Under the pieces are notes generated by a model. The model ran no database searches and had not been told where the DNA came from. It saw nothing but the letters and a program-made list of their open reading frames with translations. A DNA stretch of 64,000 nt from Candidatus Falkowbacteria bacterium (GTDB taxonomy: Bacteria; Patescibacteriota; Patescibacteriia; Patescibacteriales; UBA12465): positions 13,601 through 77,600 of the forward strand of contig JAPLVZ010000004.1 of assembly GCA_026396805.1 (NCBI GenBank). Direction: 5' to 3'. A program made the position numbers and the translations under genes. Positions 39,124-47,506 of the stretch are shown here, in pieces; positions within the stretch are counted from its first letter, which is position 1; the number at the start of each line of letters is the position of its first letter.

Positions 39124-40653
39124 ATGAAATACGACGCTATTATCGGCCTGGAAATCCACGCCGAACTTAAGACCAAGAGCAAGATGTTCTGCTCTTGCGA
39201 TAACGACGCCTCTGACAAAGCGCCGAATACTACGGTCTGTCCGATCTGCCTCGGCCATCCCGGAACCTTGCCCGTCCCGAATAAGCAGGCGATTGATTGG
39301 ACAATACTCACCGGTCTGGCTTTACATAGTAAGATAAACCGTTTATCAAAATTCGACCGCAAAAATTATTTTTACCCCGACCTGCCTAAAGGCTATCAGA
39401 TATCCCAATATGATCAGCCGCTCGCTTCCGGAGGGTATTTAGAAATAGACGGCGATAAAATACTCCTCACTCGCATCCATTTGGAAGAAGACACCGGCAA
39501 ATCTTCCCATAAGAAAGAATCCGACTATACGCTTCTGGATTTCAACCGCGCCGGCACGCCTCTGATGGAATTAGTGACCAAGCCGGTCATTAAGAGCGCC
39601 GAGCAGGCGAAAAAATTCTGCCAAGCTTATCAGCAAATCTTGCGTTATCTGGGTACAAGCGGCGCCGATATGGAAAAAGGCGAAATGCGTTGCGAAGCGA
39701 ATGTCAGCGCCCAGGCGGCCGGGACCTGGGAATATAAGGACGGTAAAATAATTCCCAAAAAGAAAGGCTGGTTTGGCGGCGGCCGGCATGAACTCAATCC
39801 GAAAGTGGAAGTAAAAAATATCAATTCTTTCCGCGCCGTGGCCAAAGCGATTAATTTTGAAATCAAGCGCCAAACCGAATTATTGGAGAAAGGAGAAAAA
39901 ATAAGCGCCGAAACTCGCGGCTGGGATGATAATAAATCCGCCACCGTCAGCCAGCGCGTCAAAGAAAGCGCGGCCGATTACCGTTATTTTCCCGAACCCG
40001 ATATTCCTCCGCTGAAAATCGGCGAAGACTGGCTGGAGCGCTTGATGACAGAACTGCCGGAAATGCCGCTGGCTAAAAAACAGCGTTTTATGGCGGAGTA
40101 TAAATTTTCGCCGGCTATGGCGGAAATTTTGACTTATGACAAGAATCTGGCCGATTGGACGGAGAATGTTATTTCCGAACTGGACGCCTGGATAGAAGCT
40201 AACGGCGACAGCGAAGCGCGCCAAGAAAGGCGCTTGGCTAAGGCGGCGGCTAATCTCATCAGCGGCCCGCTCTTAAAGCATTTGAACGCGGATAATAAAA
40301 AAATCGGTGATTTAAAGATAACGGCCGAAAATTTTGCCGAACTGACCTGCTTAATTTATCAAGGGAAGGTTAATTCCAGCGCCGGACAAAATATTTTAGA
40401 AAAAATGTATCACAGCGGCGGCGACCCGACTGATATCATGCGCGATTCGGGATTAGAACAACTCGACGACAGCGCCGAACTGGAAAAAGTCGCTCTCAAA
40501 GTCCTGGCGGCTAATCCGGATCAGGCCGTTCAATATAAAAACGGAAAAGTTAAGGTTATTCAATTCTTGGTCGGGAACCTGATGGCGGCCACCGACGGCA
40601 AAGCCAACCCGAAAATCGCTAGAGAGATATTGGAAAAAATCCTGAATCAATAG
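39124..40653 (+). CDS. gatB: Asp/Glu-tRNA amidotransferase subunit B
   Basis: MKYDAIIGLEIH, FDRKNYFYPDLPKGYQISQ, DYRYFPEPD; ATG at 39124. Confidence 0.97.
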   Translation: MKYDAIIGLEIHAELKTKSKMFCSCDNDASDKAPNTTVCPICLGHPGTLPVPNKQAIDWTILTGLALHSKINRLSKFDRKNYFYPDLPKGYQISQYDQPLASGGYLEIDGDKILLTRIHLEEDTGKSSHKKESDYTLLDFNRAGTPLMELVTKPVIKSAEQAKKFCQAYQQILRYLGTSGADMEKGEMRCEANVSAQAAGTWEYKDGKIIPKKKGWFGGGRHELNPKVEVKNINSFRAVAKAINFEIKRQTELLEKGEKISAETRGWDDNKSATVSQRVKESAADYRYFPEPDIPPLKIGEDWLERLMTELPEMPLAKKQRFMAEYKFSPAMAEILTYDKNLADWTENVISELDAWIEANGDSEARQERRLAKAAANLISGPLLKHLNADNKKIGDLKITAENFAELTCLIYQGKVNSSAGQNILEKMYHSGGDPTDIMRDSGLEQLDDSAELEKVALKVLAANPDQAVQYKNGKVKVIQFLVGNLMAATDGKANPKIAREILEKILNQ

Positions 40654-40678
40654 AGTTTCCATTTTAAAAATTCTTGCC

Positions 40679-40709
40679 AAAAGCCCCGTTCTTAAAACGA
40701 GGCTTTTTT
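40679..40709. terminator. Bidirectional terminator gatB/miaA
   Basis: AAAAGCC.CGTT...AACG.GGCTTTTT. Confidence 0.6.
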
Positions 40710-40738
40710 GTTCTGTGTTTTATAATTTCGGCGCCCAT

Positions 40739-41725
40739 TTAAAATAATGGCGGCGCCCACTTTTTAATCTTTCTTTCGGCCGCAGCCGCATCTTTAACCC
40801 AATTTATTTTCGCGCCCTGTTTTTCCCAGCGCCTGAACCAAGTCTTTTGGCGCTTGGCAAAACGATATAAAGCAATGCTTAATTTTTCTACCATTGTCTG
40901 ATAAGACAATTCCCCGAGAAGATGGCGGCTGACAAATTTATATTCCAAACCGAAAGCCTGCAGGCGCTCCCAGGAAACGCCTTCATCATTAAGGCGCTTC
41001 ACTTCGGCGACCAGACCTTCTTTTTCCAAACGATCCAGTAAACGCTGGACTATTTTTTTACGTAAAACCTCATTCGGAGAGTTGAGCCCGAGGAGCAAAA
41101 AATCATAAGGGCTCTTCCGGCGACCAACTTTTTCCAAACCGCCCGCTTCAATAATTTCCAAATACCGGGCCAAGCGGCGCGGATTATTTTTATCGCTATT
41201 ATTAAGCCGAACGGCAAAATCCGGCTTCTTTTTAGCGACCAGCGCAAATAAACGCGTGGCGCTCATCTTCTCCCATTTGGCTCGATTAACCGAATGCGCG
41301 CGGACACTGGATAAATCATAATTATCCACCAAAGCTTGCAGGTATAAACCGCTACCGCCGACAACCAGCGGCAACTTCTGGCGACACAAGATATCATTAA
41401 TCGCTTTAAAGGCCAGCTTCTGATACTTTGCCAAATCAAACCGCGTCTTCGGAGAGGCGACGTCAATTAGATGATAAGGAATAGTCTTGCGGCCAAGTTT
41501 ATATTCCGCCAGATCCTTACCGGTACCAATATCCAACCCCTTATAGACCTGGCGGCTATCGGCGCTGACTATTTCCCCGTTGAATTTAGCGGCCAATTTC
41601 ACCCCCAGACCAGTCTTCCCGGCCGAGGTCGTGCCTAAAATAACCAAAACTTTCGGCTTATTTTTCAAGGTTTTTGACTTATTATCCGGAACTTTTGGCT
41701 TATTATTGTGGGTAAATTTGGCCAT
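40739..41725 (-). CDS. miaA: tRNA dimethylallyltransferase
   Basis: GTTSAGKT, SADSRQVYKGLDIGTGK, GGSGLY, AKRQKTW. Confidence 0.95.
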   Translation of the reverse strand: MAKFTHNNKPKVPDNKSKTLKNKPKVLVILGTTSAGKTGLGVKLAAKFNGEIVSADSRQVYKGLDIGTGKDLAEYKLGRKTIPYHLIDVASPKTRFDLAKYQKLAFKAINDILCRQKLPLVVGGSGLYLQALVDNYDLSSVRAHSVNRAKWEKMSATRLFALVAKKKPDFAVRLNNSDKNNPRRLARYLEIIEAGGLEKVGRRKSPYDFLLLGLNSPNEVLRKKIVQRLLDRLEKEGLVAEVKRLNDEGVSWERLQAFGLEYKFVSRHLLGELSYQTMVEKLSIALYRFAKRQKTWFRRWEKQGAKINWVKDAAAAERKIKKWAPPLF

Positions 41726-41790
41726 ATTTCAAGATTATGCTATAATAATAACAGTTATTTTCACAATGTTTAACGAAAAAAAAGAGAGTC

Positions 41791-41952
41791 ATGACGAAAA
41801 ACAAAGCTTCTCCAAGCGCTTTAAATAGCGCAAAAACAAACTCCGGCAGTATTTTCAGTGCAGCTAACGGTTTTACAGGAAGTAATGGTAATTCAGGCCA
41901 CAACCCAGGTGCAGGTGGTAGTTTTACCGGAAATGCTTTATCAAGCATATAG
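41791..41952 (+). CDS. Putative 53-aa Gly/Ser/Asn-rich small protein
   Basis: Manual translation MTKNKASPSALNSAKTNSGSIFSAANGFTGSNGNSGHNPGAGGSFTGNALSSI; upstream TGcTATAAT extended -10 (41738-41746). Confidence 0.35.
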   Translation: MTKNKASPSALNSAKTNSGSIFSAANGFTGSNGNSGHNPGAGGSFTGNALSSI

Positions 41953-42028
41953 GATCATCACGAGATCGCCCGGGCTTGGGAAGAATAAGCTTGTTTGATA
42001 AGAGTATTAGGGGGGTTAAGTTTCATAC

Positions 42029-43414
42029 TTAACCTCTTTTATTTTTGCCTTTTGAACTTTTGTTTTTTAAAGACTCGACCACCAAATTCCCTTCCAATCC
42101 AAACGCCAATGCTTTATTAATCTTGACCTTAACGAAATTCCCTATCAGCCCATTTTGAAAACCCTCTGCCGGCCCATCCTTAGAATCGCCCTTAACATCG
42201 GCATTAATCAGAACCGTCTGATAACTGCCGGTCTTGCCGTAATACTTACCGCGCCTATTTTGTCCTTCAACTAATACTTCCATTATTTCTCCCAGATGCG
42301 ACTGGTTATTTTTTGCCGCGGTTATTTTCAAAATTTCATTAATTCCACTAGCGCGACGTTTTTTCTCCGAGGTGCTGACATTATCCTTCATTTTATAAGA
42401 AACCGTGCCCGGACGCGGGCTGTACTTAGCGATGTACGCGAGATCAAAATTAACCACTTTGAATAATTTAACGGTGTTTAAAAATTGCGCCTTGGTCTCC
42501 CCCGGAAAACCGACGATAACATCGGTCGTAATCGCGATGCCCGGTCGGACGGCCCGCACCCGCTTGATTAAATCTTGATAATATTTAGCCGTATAACCGC
42601 GATTCATGGCTTTTAAAATCTTATCATCGCCGGACTGAACCGCCAGATGCAGATGCGGACAGACTTTGGGCGATAAACCGATAACTCTTATTAAGTCAGC
42701 GCTCATATCTTTCGGGTGGCTGGAAGAAAAACGAATCCAAAATTTTCCCGGAATCTTAATGACTTTTTCCAAGAGCGCCGGGAATTTTATTTTGGCGTCA
42801 TGATAACTATTGACGTTTTGGGCGATAAGAATTATTTCCTTGTAACCGTTCTTAAGTAAACCGCATACTTCCTTTAAGATACTATCCGCGTCGCGATAAA
42901 CTTCCTGGCCGCGCGCGTAAGGCACGACGCAATAAGAACAGAAATTATTACAGCCGTTACCGATGGGGATATAGGCGGTAGTTTTGCTCTCGTGCTTCGG
43001 CTTAATGTCCAAATATTTTTCTCCTTGCTCTAACCGGACTTCATCCAGGCTGAAATGCGACTTAAATTCTTCCCCGCCTAGAAGCTCGGGTAAACGCGGC
43101 ATCTCGCTGATAGGTAAAAAAACGTCCGCCCGGCCGGCCAAGCGTTTTTTCACGTCCGCCCGCTTGCTTAAACAGCCGGCAATAACTACTTTCGCGCTCG
43201 GATTGAATTTCCTGACCTGGTCAACCAGGCCATAAACTCGGTCTTCGGCCGTTTGGCGGATGCCGCAAGTGTTAATGATAACGACGTCAGCGCGCTTAAA
43301 ATCGGGCGAGGCCTGATAGCCCCCGGATTCTAAAAAGGCGGCCAAGCGTTCGCTGTCGACCTTGTTCATCTGGCAGCCGATGGTGATTATATGATAGGTC
43401 TTATTATTTTTCAT
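42029..43414 (-). CDS. miaB: tRNA-2-methylthio-N6-dimethylallyladenosine synthase
   Basis: GCQMN..DSE, INTC, GCNNFCSYC radical SAM motif, SHP, IVGFPGET, YSPRPGT, TRAM domain. Confidence 0.93.
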   Translation of the reverse strand: MKNNKTYHIITIGCQMNKVDSERLAAFLESGGYQASPDFKRADVVIINTCGIRQTAEDRVYGLVDQVRKFNPSAKVVIAGCLSKRADVKKRLAGRADVFLPISEMPRLPELLGGEEFKSHFSLDEVRLEQGEKYLDIKPKHESKTTAYIPIGNGCNNFCSYCVVPYARGQEVYRDADSILKEVCGLLKNGYKEIILIAQNVNSYHDAKIKFPALLEKVIKIPGKFWIRFSSSHPKDMSADLIRVIGLSPKVCPHLHLAVQSGDDKILKAMNRGYTAKYYQDLIKRVRAVRPGIAITTDVIVGFPGETKAQFLNTVKLFKVVNFDLAYIAKYSPRPGTVSYKMKDNVSTSEKKRRASGINEILKITAAKNNQSHLGEIMEVLVEGQNRRGKYYGKTGSYQTVLINADVKGDSKDGPAEGFQNGLIGNFVKVKINKALAFGLEGNLVVESLKNKSSKGKNKRG

Positions 43415-43427
43415 ATATAATTTAATA

Positions 43428-43550
43428 TTAAAGTTTAGAAATATATTTTTTCCGTTCAGGATTTTTTCTGTGGTAAAATTTATCCGCTTCGCATCTAAAT
43501 TTTACATTACGAAAAAATATTCTCTCCAAAAACATATTTCTAAACTTTAA
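43428..43550. repeat. Long imperfect inverted repeat (~120 bp hairpin)
   Basis: TTAAAGTTTAGAAATATATTTTT ... AAAAACATATTTCTAAACTTTAA plus inner GTAAAATTTA/TAAATTTTAC. Confidence 0.8.
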
Positions 43551-43557
43551 AACAATC

Positions 43558-45357
43558 TCATTGTTTAATCAAAATAGTGCTTGTCGAAGTAACCGCCGGC
43601 ACACTTGTCACCGCTTCCAATTTATATAACCCGAATTTCGCGTTAATCTTCTTGATCTCCGTCATCTTCAGGCCATAGGCGGCGAATTTATTCTGATTCA
43701 GATAATCGACGGCGGCGCCATCGAGATAAAAATTATAATAATAAACCGGATAATAACGAACCAATTTCACGGTCGCTTTTAAAATACCGTCATCGGGTAA
43801 GAGACCCATGATAACACGCCGTTCCGGCCAGAAAAACTTATCATAATACCGGGTTATTATTATTCCCTCTTTATCCGTTAACGCCCAAACCCGCCGGGTA
43901 TTCAATTTCTCCTCTTGATTATTATAGTAAAGATAAGTTAGACCCTCTTCCGAACCGTAAAGCACAAAAATTATCGAGACGGACGCGAAAACCAGAATGG
44001 CGGCGGATTGCAAACCGGTCGCAATCAGCCGCCGGACGCGCGCCGTACTCTTGGCGCTCATAAGCAACAGCGCCCGGGAAACGCGAACCAGGGCCAAGGC
44101 CGAGAAAGGCATCAACCCCAGATAAAATGGCAGCCAATAACGGGTATAGGAATTGCCGATAGTATAACTGGTCAGATTCGGATTATCATTAAAGCTCCAA
44201 CTGCCATAGTAGATAATCAGAAAAGCGCTCAAAAATAACCAGGCTAGAACATAAACCAGATATTTTTTCTGAAAACGCCGGCAGTTCTGAATAATCAGGA
44301 GTAATATTCCCGCCAAACCGGAGTAAAGCAAAACCGGAAACATTTTTAGGACATAATTTACGAACATGATTTTTGACTGTTCCGGATTAAAACCAAAGTA
44401 AAAAATATTATTAAATATTTTTGAGAAATAATCGTGGTAATAAGCCAGGTTGTGCAGACCCCAGCCGAATTTAAAAATGGCGCCGCCGGTTTTAACAATA
44501 TCTTCCAAGGATCGATTCATTTCATTATAGCCGCCATGCCAGAAAGAACCATATAAAATCTGATTATAATAAGCGGCCAAAAGTAAAGGTAGAGCCAGGC
44601 CGCCGATAAACAAAATCGTTTTCGTAAGGCCATACCGGCGCGCGTAAAATATCCAGATAATAAATAGCGCCGGCAAGAGCCAAAGGACCTCTGAAGTGCG
44701 GGTAATTATCGCCAAGCCGATAAAAATACCGGCGGCGAGAGCGGCCGCGAATTCCCACCAAGTACGGCCGGATAATTTCCAGGTCAGGAAAGCGGTTTTT
44801 ATTTTTTCTTTCTTTATGCCTAAGGCTAATAAGAATAAATATAACCCGGCTAAGAGTAAGACGATAAACAGAATATTATGAAACATGCTCCGAACGGTAT
44901 AATAAATATAGACCGGGAAAGACGCCAACAAAAAAGCCGACCAGAGGCCGACGCGTTCCGTAAATAGGCACCTGATAATCAGATAAAATAAAATAAGGCC
45001 CAGGGCGGCGAAAAGGGGGGTTAAGTAGGGAATAACGGCGATGTCGGTCGCGGCGGCGATAGCGCCATAAATTAAACTGATGCCTAAAAAACTGACCGGT
45101 TTGATAAAGCCGCTGTCGCTCCGGACACTCCGCGGCATGACCATATTATCACCGCGCAGATTCGCCTGATCAAAAACCGCCAGTTCGCCGGTCAAAGCGA
45201 AGTTTTTCGCAAAAAAATAATTGGCGGTTTCATCCGGAGAAGACCATTTGACGTAATTAGCTTCTTGACCCAAGTAATTGAAACTGACGGTGGCTATAAA
45301 AAAAGCCAATGCCAAAAAACTGACAATTATTAGATTAGCGTGTTTTTTTAAAAACAT
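43558..45357 (-). CDS. GT-C (ArnT/PMT-like) membrane glycosyltransferase
   Basis: SPDET acidic motif in the first loop, about 12 TM helices, ITR, TRY.LP. Confidence 0.7.
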   Translation of the reverse strand: MFLKKHANLIIVSFLALAFFIATVSFNYLGQEANYVKWSSPDETANYFFAKNFALTGELAVFDQANLRGDNMVMPRSVRSDSGFIKPVSFLGISLIYGAIAAATDIAVIPYLTPLFAALGLILFYLIIRCLFTERVGLWSAFLLASFPVYIYYTVRSMFHNILFIVLLLAGLYLFLLALGIKKEKIKTAFLTWKLSGRTWWEFAAALAAGIFIGLAIITRTSEVLWLLPALFIIWIFYARRYGLTKTILFIGGLALPLLLAAYYNQILYGSFWHGGYNEMNRSLEDIVKTGGAIFKFGWGLHNLAYYHDYFSKIFNNIFYFGFNPEQSKIMFVNYVLKMFPVLLYSGLAGILLLIIQNCRRFQKKYLVYVLAWLFLSAFLIIYYGSWSFNDNPNLTSYTIGNSYTRYWLPFYLGLMPFSALALVRVSRALLLMSAKSTARVRRLIATGLQSAAILVFASVSIIFVLYGSEEGLTYLYYNNQEEKLNTRRVWALTDKEGIIITRYYDKFFWPERRVIMGLLPDDGILKATVKLVRYYPVYYYNFYLDGAAVDYLNQNKFAAYGLKMTEIKKINAKFGLYKLEAVTSVPAVTSTSTILIKQ

Positions 45358-45419
45358 TTTATTTACACTCGATAAACGAAACTCGCGCGCCTCTGTTTTA
45401 GTAAAGTATTTCTTTTTTA

Positions 45420-47462
45420 ATGTTATCCGAAATTGCCAATTTTAGCAAGAATTTGCTATCATTAAAGCATATGCTTAAATACCCGAAATTAACTAAGATT
45501 AACGGCCACTGGCTTGACTATATTCTACTTTTAAGTTCCTTAATTATTATCTGGGGGGCGATAATTTATTATCTCTACGCGCTTAATACGGCGGGAATAA
45601 TTTTAACCGGTTTTTTAACAATTCTAAGCTTTTTTTGGACAAAAGGCTTTTTTTTAAGGGGAAAAGATAGAAATGGAGAAAGTGAAAAATCGACCGGAAA
45701 ATCAACCAATCTGATAAATTACCTAATATTAAATAAAATTAATTTAGCCCTGATTGTCGGCTATTTCATTCTTGTCGCTTTGGCTTTTTATCGCTTTTGC
45801 CAAGCCAGAAGCGACCGAGCGCTAATTTCCCCCTGGCAAGTCATTAATTATGACTTCTTCTGGTTTTACGCCTTAAGCGCTCTAGTTTTAACCGTCCTAT
45901 TATCAAGAACCAAAATTAAGACCGGCTTAAAACTCGTTTTGATTTCGGTTTATTATTTCCTGTCTTTTGGCGCGGCGGTTATAATTTATAAAATCGGCTA
46001 TGGCTTTGATCCTTTTATCCATCAAGCGACTATGGAGCTCATCGCCGCTAAAGGCGTGGTCCTGCCAAAGACGCCTTATTATTTAGGCGAATACAGTCTC
46101 ATTATAATACTATCTAAAATCAGCGGCCTGACAATTTATTTTTTGAATAAATTTTTGGTTCCCGCTCTCGCCGCTTTGTTTCTGCCGGCCGCCTTATTTA
46201 ATTTTTTAAAAAGCCGGGTAAAATCATCTCCGGCAATTTTTTTGACAATCTTATTTTTATTGATTTTAAGCTTCTCGCCTTTCATCGCCACCACGCCGCA
46301 AAACTTAAGCTATCTTTTTTTGATTCTAGCCGTCCTCTCCGCCGCCAGCTCCGATAATTTCGGGCGTACCTTGATATTGTCTTTAGCCTCGGCCGCTATC
46401 CATCCCCTGGCCGGTTTGCCGGCCATCGCTCTAACCGCGTTCATCGCGCTTAAAAAATATGAGGACCGGATAAAATCCGAATGGAGAAAAATAATCAAAA
46501 CAGCTATTTGGCTATTCACCGTCTGGTCCATTCCGACCGCTCTCTTTTTCAGTTCCGGCGCGGAGCGAGCGAGTATCGGTGGCGGAAAAATACTTCTGGC
46601 CTCGTGGCTGAACCTATTGGGCGCACCGACTGGCGCCGGACGCGAAGATATTATCTCCAATTTTATTTATCTGCTGACTGATAATTATCCGCTGATAATA
46701 ATCTTGATAATCATTTCCGCTTTATGGTATGTCAGCCGTTCAAAAAATATTCCGGAACATTTCCGGACGGCTAACCGCGGATTGATTTTCATTTCTTCCG
46801 CTCTGCTTCTCGCTTATTTCCTTAGCGGACAAATAATTTTTGACGGAATCATTAATTATGAACAGTCCGGTTACGCGAATCGCCTTCTCATCGCAATCAT
46901 AATATTTTTGCTTCCGAGCCTCGCTCTCCTTTTGGAAAATATCATCAGTCGCGTCTTTCAAGCCAAGCCGGCGGTCCGAATAATCTGGCTGGGTCTCGGC
47001 CTTAGCGTTTTAAGCGCCAGTCTGTATGTTTCCTATCCGCGTTTTGATAAATATTTCAACAGCCGCGGTTATAGCACCGGCGCTAACGATATCGCCGCCG
47101 TAAATTCCATCGACGCCGAGGCGCGCGCGCCTTATATTGTTTTAGCGAACCAGCCGGTCAGCGTGGCCGCTCTTCAGTCTTTCGGTTTCAATCATTATTA
47201 TCAAACCAGTGTCGGCGAACTTTATTTTTATCCGATTCCGACCGGCAGTCCTTTATACCAATATTACTTGGATATGGTATACAAAAACCCCGACCGAGCC
47301 AGCCTGATTAAAGCCTTGGATCTCGCCGGAGTCGATAATGGCTATCTGGTTGTAAATAAGTATTGGAATCAGAGCGGCCGTGTTATCGGTGAAGCAAAAC
47401 TTACGGCCGACAAATGGTGGACGATAAATAATGAAGTTTTTATCTTTAAATACGAGCGCTGA
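45420..47462 (+). CDS. Large multi-pass membrane protein, possibly GT-C fold
   Basis: Many TM helices; GYGFDPFIHQA loop; soluble C-terminal domain; alternative start at 45471. Confidence 0.6.
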   Translation: MLSEIANFSKNLLSLKHMLKYPKLTKINGHWLDYILLLSSLIIIWGAIIYYLYALNTAGIILTGFLTILSFFWTKGFFLRGKDRNGESEKSTGKSTNLINYLILNKINLALIVGYFILVALAFYRFCQARSDRALISPWQVINYDFFWFYALSALVLTVLLSRTKIKTGLKLVLISVYYFLSFGAAVIIYKIGYGFDPFIHQATMELIAAKGVVLPKTPYYLGEYSLIIILSKISGLTIYFLNKFLVPALAALFLPAALFNFLKSRVKSSPAIFLTILFLLILSFSPFIATTPQNLSYLFLILAVLSAASSDNFGRTLILSLASAAIHPLAGLPAIALTAFIALKKYEDRIKSEWRKIIKTAIWLFTVWSIPTALFFSSGAERASIGGGKILLASWLNLLGAPTGAGREDIISNFIYLLTDNYPLIIILIIISALWYVSRSKNIPEHFRTANRGLIFISSALLLAYFLSGQIIFDGIINYEQSGYANRLLIAIIIFLLPSLALLLENIISRVFQAKPAVRIIWLGLGLSVLSASLYVSYPRFDKYFNSRGYSTGANDIAAVNSIDAEARAPYIVLANQPVSVAALQSFGFNHYYQTSVGELYFYPIPTGSPLYQYYLDMVYKNPDRASLIKALDLAGVDNGYLVVNKYWNQSGRVIGEAKLTADKWWTINNEVFIFKYER

Positions 47463-47506
47463 TAAATCGCCACTGCTCTTCTCGGTTTGAACCGCCGTTA
47501 ACGGCT

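Noticed and set aside
41791-43414. RiPP cluster (small peptide + radical SAM)
   Set aside because: The radical SAM gene is a clear MiaB paired with miaA; there is no RRE/SPASM domain, transporter or peptidase.
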